A stretch of 64,000 nt of DNA from a virus. Its lineage: Duplodnaviria; Caudoviricetes. Location of the stretch: the IMG/VR virus record IMGVR_UViG_2585427716_000002, positions 1-64,000 of that record; one strand, 5' to 3'. The notes under the pieces were generated by a model that saw only the letters and a list, made by a program, of their open reading frames with translations, was not told where the DNA came from and ran no database searches. Every line of letters starts with the position of its first letter. Position 1 is the first letter of the stretch. A program made the position numbers and the translations under genes. This document shows positions 35,991 to 46,364 of this stretch, piece by piece.

Positions 35991-38900
35991 TTACATAATA
36001 TAGGCGTAAGGGTAAGCTGTTATTACTTCGATACCGGAGCTTAAATCGTTAGATATTTTTATCACAGCTATCGCTTTAAGATCAGAATTGTTACTAACCC
36101 TGATTCTGATTACGCCGGTTAATTCAGAGTATTCATATATATTAATTGTACTAACAAGATCCCCTTCGCCAAATGACTGAATTTCTACTGATCCGGTTAA
36201 TTCACTTACTTGGTTTATTGTAAGGGAGCCATAGATATCAAGAGATTCAAAGAATCGAACAGACACATGGGATGGTAAGTCACCAGTACCCCAATTACGA
36301 ACTGAAATTGAAGCACTTAATTGGCCTCCATCGATCCAAGGGTCATTCCATGCTCTGATTTCTGCGGAAGCCGCTACATCACAAGAATCTGATTTTCTGA
36401 TATCAATTAAGCCTAATTTATCTTGATACCTAGATTTATTCACAGACACAGTTGAAGGTAGACTATCTGTATATCTAATAAACCCATCGATCGACAGGTT
36501 AGAGTCCTGAGCTAACCGAACAATAATGTTACTAGGTAACTCGTGACCCATATTGACACGGACGCCGACACTAGATCCTAGGTTACCGGAAGCTATCCCT
36601 AGATAAGACATAAAATCAGATACACGTCTCACCCGCACCGACAGCGATCCGACTAAGTTTTTAAGCCCATTGTTGGGAACAGTCAACGAAGATTGAAGGT
36701 TACCTGAGAGAATAGTAACCGTAGAATACTTATCAGCACTCATTCGTAGATTTACAGTTGAGGGTAGCTCTTCTCGGTCTCCCTGTGGAACATGTATTGC
36801 AGAAACCAAGTCGTTAGAGAGGCTTCTTCGAACGACAACTTGCCCGCCTAGTAAAGATTTTTCGTATACTTTAATATACGATTTTAAGTTAGGGTTTCCT
36901 ATGTTACCTTTCCCAGGAAGATCATTTCTATAACGGACATAAACGGAAGATTGTTGATCCCCTTTACCTTCTGCCCGTACTACGATTGAACAAATAAACT
37001 GAGCACTCTCTTTTATCTCCAGTGTCCCATAGAGTTCAAAATTTCTTGTTACCCTAAAACCAGCAGTTAGGTTATCTCTAGTGTTTTCTCCGTTAGATGT
37101 TACCCGTACCGATAACTGTGAATCGAAATCTTCCCTATTCAATACATAAATACTTGAATCTTTGTTCGTCTCAGATATACTGAGATTTGAAACTAGCTGC
37201 CCTCCGTCCTGATCCGAGTCTCCCCACACCCTGACCTGTAGACTACCTTTTAGATCATTTCTGTACAGGACATAGACTTCACCTAGTTTATCCTTCTCAT
37301 TGGCTGCAATAAAGCTCGATAGATCCGTCGAACTCTTTTGTCTAATTGAAATATACCCATCTTTAAAATCGTAATGCCCACCGAATCGGGGTGTTACAGA
37401 TCCACTTAATTGAGGACGGCTTACTACAATTCGTGAAGTTATGTCTCCTGGAGCCTTGACATACATGTCTCCCGGGACATCTTCCCAAAAGTTGTACTGC
37501 TTGACCTTTACTTGAGATTTTAAATCCTTTTCTGTTGAATTCCTAATGCTCAATTCGGATAATAGGTGGCTATCGTCGATTGTGTATACAACCATGTCAT
37601 AATATTCGACTAGCAATTCAGGCCGTCTTTCGGTGTTTTCTCTAGTATAGAAGCCTTTCATGAGGCTTCCTAGCTCATTAACTGCCTTTAGCATAAAACC
37701 GAAATTCGCTTTTTTGCCGCTATGCCAATCCTTGACAAGAGGAGTTACATCAATTTCTGTGTACTTTCCGGTCGTATTGTCGAGCACATAAGTCGTAGAG
37801 AACCCTTCTTTAGCGACCCTAGGTTGAGAATCCCAGGTTACACTAAGCTCATTCCACTGGTCCATTAATTCATTTATCTGAACTGCTTGACTTACGCCTC
37901 TCCCGTCATTGTAGATACGGAGGATTGCTTTACCGATCTCTGTGTTATCCTGTGGCACTTCATTAATATCGAATCCAACAAGAGACCTAAACGTCTCAGG
38001 AAAAGGTGATTGGACCTTTCCTACATACATTTGCGTTTCGGTACCGTAATTAATCTTAGGGAGATACGATCGTACAAAAGCGTCTCTCACAGAATAAAGA
38101 GTCTTTATAACTTTTGGTCGTTCTCTCAAGTCGTACCTAGCCACCATACCGCCTTTTGGCGTCAATCTGATCATAGATTTTAGATCAGAAACTTCCTTAA
38201 TGCTAAGCTGAGAAGTTAGCCAACCAAAATAGATAGGGGTTATATCGTACTCGGCCTGTAAATGTGTTTTTAGGTTTATAAAAATTTCAGAAGGAAGCTC
38301 ACTAAACTCCTTGATACCTAGGTATGTTGGGAGTTCATTTAAGTAAGTAGGGGTTAACTCGTATTTAGCACCCATCGATGACTGGGTCGGTATTGAGATC
38401 GTTGAGAGAATATCACTTTTGGCTGGTACAGTGATGTCTCCCTTTAAGTCATCTAAGTGTATGCCTTGAATCTGATAAGTCGCTGTGACTAAAGTTCTTG
38501 TATTAACCTTAACAACACTCAGCATATCCTTAGTGGAATAAACTGTAATGTCTGACAGCATGTCGTCTTTGGCTATGCCGTCAATAGCGTACTTTATTTC
38601 CATATGCCTATTCGTTATTAGATTTACACCGACTACCGATGGCAAGTCTGCTCCGGTCTTAACTAAGACTTCCCCACCCAAATCTGATCCGCCTACCTGC
38701 TGAGAAGCGTACCTAGCAGACATCCTTATTTCTTGCAAGCTTACTGTAATGTTCGAAAGCAGGTTAGGCGAAACAACTTTCAAGGTAGACTCTAAATCCT
38801 CAACATGTAGCGGGTTAACCCCGTACCTTGACTTAAACGTTGCAATCGATGTGACGGATATACTCGAAAGCAGGTTATTGTGATTAGTTACCCTTAGGGA

Positions 38901-39845
38901 GCTTTGTAGATTATCCTCTGTAGAAATTTCAATCCCGTATTTGCCCCGCATAGAGACAATGGGATTTACAACTACTGTTCCTTTTACATCCCTACATTCC
39001 TTAACGTTTGCAGTTGAAGATAAATCGTCAAACTCTTTTTTTATTATTCTATATTTACTTTCCAGGTAACCAGTTATACCTATTCGGAGTGTACTTTGCA
39101 GTTCATCCCTGTAAAGGATTAAACCCCTGCCTCTTATTTCACTTTCCTGTCCACCACTTAGCATTCCTTGGTCATAGCTATCGGATATCTCGTCGAACGT
39201 TAGGGGTCTGTTGTATAAACGCAGGACGGATATCTGTCCTTCGAAATACGATTGGTTTCCGGCACAATATTTTCCAACCGCAAGGTCACAAGAGTCAGCC
39301 TTATAGTCGCCTGCCTCAGGTAAACTGAACCCCTCGGGAGCTGCATTTCTTAATCCCCAAAGCCTCTCACCGTCAAATACTAATGCGATGTGCGTCCATT
39401 TTTTAACCGCCACCCCATTAAAAGTAAAGCGACAGTTTTGCGACTCCGTTGTAATCTGTGCCCTAAACTCATTGGAATTTTGATCGTAGTACAGGGAGAA
39501 CCCTTGTTCATCTTCTTTACCAAAAGAAAGGATATACCCTGTGTTGGACGGTCTAATCCAAGCCTCCAGGGTAAATCCTTCATTTCTCGGTATTAGCTCT
39601 TCAAATCTATCAACAGTCGTGTAGTTAGACGAACCATTTAGACTAAGGGAGTAAGGGTCTCCATTTATATTCTCTCCGACCCAACCCCTGTCCGTAGAAA
39701 AATCAAAATTTGTTAAAGTAGCGCTATGATTTTTATACGTCAAGTCAAACCATGTCTCTGTAGGACGGCTATTCAAACCCTGACTCTTACCGTTGTCCGC
39801 TAAAGCAGCATGTAAATGTAGTATTAACCCATTCAAAGGATACAT
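35991..39845 (-). CDS. Large fibre/adhesin: LamG domain + DLxSxIxV repeats + central DNRLRE-like domain
   Basis: FTLEAWIRP..WTHIALVFDG..FEGQISVLRLYNRPLT; DAFVRS..NYG..W.E..VTW..P..DVT.LV..W..NFGF.L; many ~12-aa repeats. Confidence 0.8.
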   Translation of the reverse strand: MYPLNGLILHLHAALADNGKSQGLNSRPTETWFDLTYKNHSATLTNFDFSTDRGWVGENINGDPYSLSLNGSSNYTTVDRFEELIPRNEGFTLEAWIRPSNTGYILSFGKEDEQGFSLYYDQNSNEFRAQITTESQNCRFTFNGVAVKKWTHIALVFDGERLWGLRNAAPEGFSLPEAGDYKADSCDLAVGKYCAGNQSYFEGQISVLRLYNRPLTFDEISDSYDQGMLSGGQESEIRGRGLILYRDELQSTLRIGITGYLESKYRIIKKEFDDLSSTANVKECRDVKGTVVVNPIVSMRGKYGIEISTEDNLQSSLRVTNHNNLLSSISVTSIATFKSRYGVNPLHVEDLESTLKVVSPNLLSNITVSLQEIRMSARYASQQVGGSDLGGEVLVKTGADLPSVVGVNLITNRHMEIKYAIDGIAKDDMLSDITVYSTKDMLSVVKVNTRTLVTATYQIQGIHLDDLKGDITVPAKSDILSTISIPTQSSMGAKYELTPTYLNELPTYLGIKEFSELPSEIFINLKTHLQAEYDITPIYFGWLTSQLSIKEVSDLKSMIRLTPKGGMVARYDLRERPKVIKTLYSVRDAFVRSYLPKINYGTETQMYVGKVQSPFPETFRSLVGFDINEVPQDNTEIGKAILRIYNDGRGVSQAVQINELMDQWNELSVTWDSQPRVAKEGFSTTYVLDNTTGKYTEIDVTPLVKDWHSGKKANFGFMLKAVNELGSLMKGFYTRENTERRPELLVEYYDMVVYTIDDSHLLSELSIRNSTEKDLKSQVKVKQYNFWEDVPGDMYVKAPGDITSRIVVSRPQLSGSVTPRFGGHYDFKDGYISIRQKSSTDLSSFIAANEKDKLGEVYVLYRNDLKGSLQVRVWGDSDQDGGQLVSNLSISETNKDSSIYVLNREDFDSQLSVRVTSNGENTRDNLTAGFRVTRNFELYGTLEIKESAQFICSIVVRAEGKGDQQSSVYVRYRNDLPGKGNIGNPNLKSYIKVYEKSLLGGQVVVRRSLSNDLVSAIHVPQGDREELPSTVNLRMSADKYSTVTILSGNLQSSLTVPNNGLKNLVGSLSVRVRRVSDFMSYLGIASGNLGSSVGVRVNMGHELPSNIIVRLAQDSNLSIDGFIRYTDSLPSTVSVNKSRYQDKLGLIDIRKSDSCDVAASAEIRAWNDPWIDGGQLSASISVRNWGTGDLPSHVSVRFFESLDIYGSLTINQVSELTGSVEIQSFGEGDLVSTINIYEYSELTGVIRIRVSNNSDLKAIAVIKISNDLSSGIEVITAYPYAYIM

Positions 39846-39887
39846 CTATATCACGTCCAATCCCATTGTATTGAGACGACTTTCTCG

Positions 39888-42722
39888 TTAAGCAGGACTA
39901 GCCTTTGCCTTCAAATCGAAAGTCCCGCCTTCTTGTACAGTCACATTCGAGCTAAAGCGAACAAAGAACTTTTTAGAATCTCCAATAGGTACCGTCCCGC
40001 TGAAAACGATATCGTTCGTTGGGACAAAGGGGTTATCTGTTAGGCTAAGCTCAACAGTAATACCGTCTTTTACAGACTCGCTATTAACCCAAGTCTTTAG
40101 CTGGACGACTGGAAAATCCGCATTATTCTGCAACCATACAGGGAAAGAACGTGATGTTTCACCGGCCACCAACGTACCATAATCTAGATAACGCAATACA
40201 TTTCCTTTCTCGTCGGTATAATACTTACCGATTTGATTTCGAAATCCCAGTATAGGTAATTCGGGTTCCTTGAATTCTAATAGATTCGGGTCCCCTCCGT
40301 AGTTTTCATCGAAGAAGTAAGTATCCCTAAAGTCCCAGTCAGTTGACTGGTATGTCCCAGGGTGCCTGATCTCAGCTGTGTATTTAGGGGTCATCTCAAA
40401 TTCTTTCAACATGCCGCCACTGGACCGTTGTTGATCGTAATATAACTGCTCTCTAGTCACTTTATATTTGTAAGTGTAGCTGGCATTGGCAGCGTAATAC
40501 ATCGCATTACCTGCTACAGTTTTAGCAAGAACTATTACACGCCTAAACGTAAATGTGGAGTCAGTAACATAGGTATAGGAATAGCCGAACACCCCTCCGC
40601 TTTTAGAACATTGCGTTGCCATGTCCGCTGCTGATATGACATCTTCGATAACGGTACCCGTAGCATAGTTCACATATCTACCTACAATTCCTCCAAAAAC
40701 GCCGCCATATTGAACCCACTGCCCCCTTGCGGAACTTCTGTATATCTTGGCATAGCTGTCCATCTGACCTACAATGCCTCCGGCATAATCAGCGTTCATA
40801 GTCAAGGGTCCATTAAATGTACAATCCCTTACTTCTGCATATGTCTCCAAACTACCTACTAATCCGCCACCGATACCTTTAAAGTCTAACTTAAAGTTTT
40901 GGAATTTAGTGACCTTACAATTTTCAATTCTCCCGTTTCCGGTTTGAGATGAAGAGAGAGATCCAACCACTGCACCCGATGGTCCTCCAGCAGTAATAGT
41001 CACATCCACCAGCTCTAGGTTTTTTATAATCCCTTGATTGACGTACCTAAACAAACCACAGTAACTCTCATCAGGCCTGTTAATATAGAGATTTCCGATA
41101 GACCTCCCATTACCGTCAAAAGTACCGTAGAAGGCTTGATTTGCCCATCCAATCTCTTTGCCTTCGTGACCTATAGGGAGCCACCCTTTCCCAACAGCAG
41201 GATACTCAAGCACCAGGTCTGTCTCTAATCGGAAGTTAGCATACAAGTAATGCCTTACCTGCTCCAGGTCAAACGAATTTTGGATAAGGAATGGTTCTTC
41301 TTTCGTACCCTTACCTTTTGAATATCTAATAAATCGTCTGTTTTCCGGGTATCCGCCATTTACCTTATAGTCACCAAGGTGCCATTCATTCCAAAAATCA
41401 AAACCTTTCCCTTCAAATGTATCCTTTCTTTTCAAATCAGAAGTTTTTCTACCCTGAGCCGCACCAGCTGAGGTTGTAAATCCTGACTTGTCTGTATCGT
41501 AGAAGTTGTCGTCCCCGAGAACCCCTGCTTTATATGACCCTGCAAATCCACCTTTATTTGATAAATTCTGAGCTATAGTCGTGTCAACAACTTTACCGGT
41601 CGAAAAAGACTTATAAATATTTCCATTCTCCAACCTGCCGATAAACCCACCTAGGCTATCTCCGTCAGATTTTACTTGGGCATGTGAGTAGGATCTGTAA
41701 ATATTCCCTGAATTCTTGTAACCAACTAAGCCTCCAGTATACATTCCGTTTTTGCCTTTATTCTCAACCGTACCTGAGATAACTGCACAGTCATACACAT
41801 CTCCGTCACACCGTCCTGCTAATGCACCCACATAATTCCCACTAGCGTTGACGTTTACATTGGTTAGTTTAACTCTTTTAATCACTCCACCCGTTTGGTT
41901 ACCAAACAAACCAACGTTATCCCCTGACGAATTAATGTATAGATCTTTAATTTCAAAACCTCGGCCATCGAAGTATCCTGAAAAATTCTGCACTGGGCTA
42001 AATCCTGAACCTGTTTGGTGAGCGGTCATTATTATATCTCGATCTTGAATAAAATACGCAGTCGGGTAGGTGCTCAGTAGAGAAAGATCACTTTCTGTTG
42101 AAATGGTGTATGGGCTGCTCTGTGTCCCGCCACCGCCGGAGAAGTGATCCACATAGATATAAGTCTTACCTTCCGACTTCAAATAAAATGGCCGTTCTTG
42201 GTCATTTTGTGTTTTAGGCTCAACGAACAATATTTCAGGGTTACCGTTCTTATCGGGGTCCGTAGCAATAAAGACTTTGTCATAGTCATCTTTCGAAAGG
42301 ATGATGACTCCGCTGGTGCTTGACGCCCCATCTACCCAAGTAAATTCACGAGGGTAATGGATTCCCGCTTCCGCCAGCTGGTCTGAGAGGCTGGTTACAC
42401 GCTCCCTACTACGTACCGATATTGGGGATGGGTCATCAGTATCGAGGATAATCTCACTGACCATGTGGGTTTCCTGGAATACATCATAAAGCAATCCTAG
42501 GTCTTCCTGATGGACTACTTCGGATATGTTTTCCCAATTACCGTCCACTAATATCTGTATAGGGTAGTTGTATGTCTTTAGGTGAGTTTTACCATCAATT
42601 ACTTCTATAGTATAGTTGCGGATTTTTTCAGAGTCTTTGACGATACTTCCGTTCAAGTTGTAGTTAACACCGTAAATAATATTAAGTAATTCTTCTTTAG
42701 TTAGTTTTACTGAACTACCCAT
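39888..42722 (-). CDS. GLUG-repeat beta-helix virion protein (tail spike/fibre)
   Basis: GGGGTQSSPYTIST, FDGRGFEIKDLYI, repeated YTGGLVG/AGGIVG. Confidence 0.8.
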   Translation of the reverse strand: MGSSVKLTKEELLNIIYGVNYNLNGSIVKDSEKIRNYTIEVIDGKTHLKTYNYPIQILVDGNWENISEVVHQEDLGLLYDVFQETHMVSEIILDTDDPSPISVRSRERVTSLSDQLAEAGIHYPREFTWVDGASSTSGVIILSKDDYDKVFIATDPDKNGNPEILFVEPKTQNDQERPFYLKSEGKTYIYVDHFSGGGGTQSSPYTISTESDLSLLSTYPTAYFIQDRDIIMTAHQTGSGFSPVQNFSGYFDGRGFEIKDLYINSSGDNVGLFGNQTGGVIKRVKLTNVNVNASGNYVGALAGRCDGDVYDCAVISGTVENKGKNGMYTGGLVGYKNSGNIYRSYSHAQVKSDGDSLGGFIGRLENGNIYKSFSTGKVVDTTIAQNLSNKGGFAGSYKAGVLGDDNFYDTDKSGFTTSAGAAQGRKTSDLKRKDTFEGKGFDFWNEWHLGDYKVNGGYPENRRFIRYSKGKGTKEEPFLIQNSFDLEQVRHYLYANFRLETDLVLEYPAVGKGWLPIGHEGKEIGWANQAFYGTFDGNGRSIGNLYINRPDESYCGLFRYVNQGIIKNLELVDVTITAGGPSGAVVGSLSSSQTGNGRIENCKVTKFQNFKLDFKGIGGGLVGSLETYAEVRDCTFNGPLTMNADYAGGIVGQMDSYAKIYRSSARGQWVQYGGVFGGIVGRYVNYATGTVIEDVISAADMATQCSKSGGVFGYSYTYVTDSTFTFRRVIVLAKTVAGNAMYYAANASYTYKYKVTREQLYYDQQRSSGGMLKEFEMTPKYTAEIRHPGTYQSTDWDFRDTYFFDENYGGDPNLLEFKEPELPILGFRNQIGKYYTDEKGNVLRYLDYGTLVAGETSRSFPVWLQNNADFPVVQLKTWVNSESVKDGITVELSLTDNPFVPTNDIVFSGTVPIGDSKKFFVRFSSNVTVQEGGTFDLKAKASPA

Positions 42723-43318
42723 TTAAGTTCACCCCCGACATTTGGTTTTAAAGGTGCCTGTGTCTCTAGAAGTTCCCTGCCATTGCTGACGATAATAAAT
42801 TTACCGTCCATCTCCTTGTCAGCTACAAGCCAAAAAGTAATGTAGGCTGGCTCATTTAAAGGCAGGTGTACAATAGCTTTAAAATGGAAGGAGACACCGT
42901 CAATATTTAAGTTGGTCTTAAAACCTACATTGTACTGTAGAATACGGTTAGAAAAAGTACCTTGTCCTTTAAAACCCGAAGTTAGCCCCGACGCCTGAGC
43001 GTCCTTATAAGTTATGATATCGTCAATATCGTATTTAAAATCTCCGTTCAAGGGCAGCCTTTTGCCGTTCACTTCATAAGACACGTGAATACGACGACCA
43101 GCTACATTTAGAACCCCATCTCGTTCAAAGTAGATTTTCTGACCATGCCCTACGAGTCCAAAGCGAAAGAGCCTGTCTCTGTCGATCTCATAAAAACTAT
43201 TTTCTTCCTTAGTAGCGAAGTCAAATTCAGATAGGTGAGTACCGTCAGGGTACTCAGCCATCCAAATAAAGTCCTGTGCCACTGGAGATTTTGAATATAG
43301 TTCACTCTGCATAAACAT
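42707..43318 (-). CDS. Late-region hypothetical protein
   Basis: RBS AGGGGAG before ATG 43318. Confidence 0.65.
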   Translation of the reverse strand: MFMQSELYSKSPVAQDFIWMAEYPDGTHLSEFDFATKEENSFYEIDRDRLFRFGLVGHGQKIYFERDGVLNVAGRRIHVSYEVNGKRLPLNGDFKYDIDDIITYKDAQASGLTSGFKGQGTFSNRILQYNVGFKTNLNIDGVSFHFKAIVHLPLNEPAYITFWLVADKEMDGKFIIVSNGRELLETQAPLKPNVGGELKWVVQ

Positions 43319-43355
43319 TTTATCTCCCCTTACCTCATTGCATTGAAGTCTGATC

Positions 43356-43847
43356 TTAAACGTACTGGTAAGCCACACGTGTTAAGAAGGCTACGTTTCC
43401 TGCTGTTGCGTTACCCGGAACATCTGCACGTAAAATAACCTCTGCATAGTTACCTTTCGCACTTTCCTTGTTTCCATTATTTTTCACTCCCAAAATCTCG
43501 TTAGCATTTGGGGAAAATGTCCCGTCTTCGTTTGTGGTATTTCCGCTTGCTTGGATTGGGTGTGTTGTAAGGCCACCAATGTTTGTACGGCCTGTCTCTC
43601 CCGCAGAAACTACAGTTACCTGAACCCACTGGTTAGTTACAAGTTCTCCTGTATTACCTCCAGCACTATCCTTGGTAGTAATAGTACAATTAGTCATCGT
43701 AGAGAGGTCTGTCGTGCCGCCAAAGTTGTTCCAGATTAAAACTCCAAAATCTGATGAGGGTGTTCCTGCGTCTATCGTTCCAATATTCCAAGAACTTACT
43801 GCTCCTGAGTTATCTTGTTTTCGCCAATTGACCTGCGGTGCTGCCAT
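43356..43847 (-). CDS. Putative virion structural protein with own class 1 promoter
   Basis: Strong RBS AGGAGGT; beta-rich. Confidence 0.65.
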   Translation of the reverse strand: MAAPQVNWRKQDNSGAVSSWNIGTIDAGTPSSDFGVLIWNNFGGTTDLSTMTNCTITTKDSAGGNTGELVTNQWVQVTVVSAGETGRTNIGGLTTHPIQASGNTTNEDGTFSPNANEILGVKNNGNKESAKGNYAEVILRADVPGNATAGNVAFLTRVAYQYV

Positions 43848-43887
43848 AAATAATTACCTCCTAAATTAAAATATAGTGTCTACAGCC

Positions 43888-43919
43888 TAATGATCGCTGC
43901 ACACACCTCTATAGTTGCG
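43888..43919 (-). promoter_or_regulatory. Phage-specific promoter, class 1
   Basis: Minus strand CGCAACT-N16-CGATCATTA. Confidence 0.8.
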
Positions 43920-43924
43920 GATCG

Positions 43925-44371
43925 CTATTCTTCCTCCACGTCTAATTCAACAACTAACTCAACCGTTATATCCCTTACACCTTCTCCCGCTTCAATGACA
44001 TTAACCCTAAAATGGTCATCTTCATTCACAGTTTCGAGAGAGGGTTTAAAAGAGTAAGGTTCTGTAGAAGTCCTATTTGATTTGTTTTTAGCGTCAATAG
44101 TGATCTTGTTTTGAAATACACTCTCCCATCTAGGGACGGTATCATAAGCCACTTGATCACATTTCTCGATATCGATTGTGGTAGTCGTAGCTCCTGAGGT
44201 TCCACACGAGGCGTAGGAGTTTACTAGCTTCCCCCTATAAGGAAAACGGACTTCTGTCTGAACAGGTCCCGCTTTCACAAGGGAAGGGATAATAAAAACC
44301 ATTACTTTTTTTGATACTTTGCTGATTCTTCTTGAGTTGAGTTGTGCCCTGTTATACCCCATGTAATCCAT
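43925..44371 (-). CDS. Late-region hypothetical protein
   Basis: RBS AAAGGGGA; preceded by class 2 motif at 44431-44403. Confidence 0.6.
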   Translation of the reverse strand: MDYMGYNRAQLNSRRISKVSKKVMVFIIPSLVKAGPVQTEVRFPYRGKLVNSYASCGTSGATTTTIDIEKCDQVAYDTVPRWESVFQNKITIDAKNKSNRTSTEPYSFKPSLETVNEDDHFRVNVIEAGEGVRDITVELVVELDVEEE

Positions 44372-44484
44372 TAGTTCATCCCCTTTCGGATGGGTTATGC
44401 ACATTATAAGAACGAAACTGACAACATTAACCCTTAACAGAAAACCCTCCTAAGAAGGAGGGCTTAAATTACTTTATTTCGTTT

Positions 44485-45216
44485 CTAAGTGTCTACTCTG
44501 ACCGATGTACGTAATAACCTCCTTGTGGCTGGATCATATGAATATCCTTTAGTTACCTTGTTTAGAAGGCTTCCTGAGCTATCGGTGTAGTATATGGTTT
44601 CGGTCTTCATCTCACCTTTTATGTGTGGGTCTTCATCTTCGTAGTAAGTAAATTCCCGGACAAGGGAGTAGTCACCGGTAATTATTTCACGTGTGATCTG
44701 ATCTCTTGAATTGTGCTCATAGGCTATGTCTACCTCGGCAGTTCCTCCGTACACGACCTCTAGTTGTCTCTGTATCTCATCTAACCGTTCATCAAGAGTT
44801 CTAGACGGTTCATCTCCATCCTTAAATCTACGAGCGTCTGTTATTTCCTTCTTTAACTCGTAGAATTCGGTGCCGCTGACTGTTGCCTGTCCTCTGCTAC
44901 AATATTGGTTTTTATACACCTCTATATATATCTGATCGCCTATTTTGAGGTTGAGCGGGTTCCCACTTTCATCAACATCTAGCAATAACCGGATATGTTG
45001 ATCATCAACTTCATTGTAGGAAATACCTTCATTTAACCGTCTCCCGTTTAGGTACACTTTTAGAAGTCCCTTATTTATCTCATAAGTGTGCCCTGTAGGT
45101 ATGGTGGGATTAACTTTTCCGTAAGTATCAAGGAAATTCTGATCCACAAATAGAAGTGTTTCCTCCCAGTCTTTCGTTACAGGGCTGTACCTGTGTAATG
45201 TCATTTTGGTACCCAT
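44485..45216 (-). CDS. Putative virion protein
   Basis: LKVYLNG..L.EG..Y.E motif typical of phage tail/neck domains. Confidence 0.6.
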   Translation of the reverse strand: MGTKMTLHRYSPVTKDWEETLLFVDQNFLDTYGKVNPTIPTGHTYEINKGLLKVYLNGRRLNEGISYNEVDDQHIRLLLDVDESGNPLNLKIGDQIYIEVYKNQYCSRGQATVSGTEFYELKKEITDARRFKDGDEPSRTLDERLDEIQRQLEVVYGGTAEVDIAYEHNSRDQITREIITGDYSLVREFTYYEDEDPHIKGEMKTETIYYTDSSGSLLNKVTKGYSYDPATRRLLRTSVRVDT

Positions 45217-45227
45217 ATCCTCTCCCC

Positions 45228-46352
45228 CTAATCGTTATTGATTTCTAAGAAGAAGTGCGTCGGGCGCATACTCTGTTTTATATCCTCATCGACCGCTGCC
45301 GTTGATTTAGCTACTCTCACCCAAAAATCTTTTGATTCTCCGGCCGCTAGTGTACCTACTGTAAGAGAAGAGTCCTCATAAGTCCCCGGAGTACCGGAGT
45401 TATCCGGTGCAAGGTCACACCACTCCCAACCAAACTCTTCTCCATAAGCTGCTATACTTATCCGTACATTTTCTGCAATATTTCCAGTGGTATCATTAAT
45501 GATCGTCATCTTTTGCTCATTAATTTCGTTTTTAAGCGGGCCTATGTTAGTCGGGTTAATCTCACTTAGGTCATGTCCCTTCCAAGAAACTTTTAGGTCT
45601 GTACCTCTAAGGAATACGTCTCCCCCGTACATTTCCGCTACTTCTGCCTGTTCGTCAACCAATACATAATTTCCGTTTCCGTCTTTGTCATAGATGTTGA
45701 TTTTCCCTTTAAAGGGTACGCTAGGCAATTCAATATCTATTCCTGAATACCCCTGCGGAACAATCTGCTTACTTACTGGACTCATTGAATCAGCGTCAAG
45801 CAACTCCACCTTACACATACTACTAACGTTTCCTATGCTAATGTGAGTACCCCTACATAAAATGACCCTATCAATGGAGAGGGGAGTATATCCAGTTCTT
45901 GGGGTGCCTTTCAACACTACCCCTGCCATAGATGGGTCAATACAAATTGTCGAGTCGAAGAGTTCCCATGCTTTATTCTTCTCTGCGAAAAACGTCCAGA
46001 GGTTCTGCCTCTTTACGGCACGCCAAATGTTGTAGGCTCCCGACTGGACGCTATCCTCACTCTCTAAGAACTCCACTTTTTCAAGAGCATTTTTCCAAAT
46101 GACTAATCCTCCCTCATCTCCCAAATATTGAGGATTATAGTTCGCATGGACCTGGATTAGAAGTTCAGACTCGTTTTGAGGTAAAGAGAATAAAGCATTG
46201 GTACTTCTGTCGGTAGGGTTGTGGTTTAGAGTTAACCGTTTATCCACTTCACTGTAATCATAGGAGTCAGAGGGGGACACAATCCAACGTGTGTCAAGTG
46301 TTTCAAAATTGTCGTCGAAAATAAGCCCACTCTGTACTCTATGGATACTCAA
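45228..46352 (-). CDS. Putative virion protein (beta-sandwich domains)
   Basis: C-terminal GTLAAGESKDFWVRV resembles the C-terminus of the GLUG protein. Confidence 0.6.
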   Translation of the reverse strand: MSIHRVQSGLIFDDNFETLDTRWIVSPSDSYDYSEVDKRLTLNHNPTDRSTNALFSLPQNESELLIQVHANYNPQYLGDEGGLVIWKNALEKVEFLESEDSVQSGAYNIWRAVKRQNLWTFFAEKNKAWELFDSTICIDPSMAGVVLKGTPRTGYTPLSIDRVILCRGTHISIGNVSSMCKVELLDADSMSPVSKQIVPQGYSGIDIELPSVPFKGKINIYDKDGNGNYVLVDEQAEVAEMYGGDVFLRGTDLKVSWKGHDLSEINPTNIGPLKNEINEQKMTIINDTTGNIAENVRISIAAYGEEFGWEWCDLAPDNSGTPGTYEDSSLTVGTLAAGESKDFWVRVAKSTAAVDEDIKQSMRPTHFFLEINND

Positions 46353-46364
46353 TTCAAATTCCTC

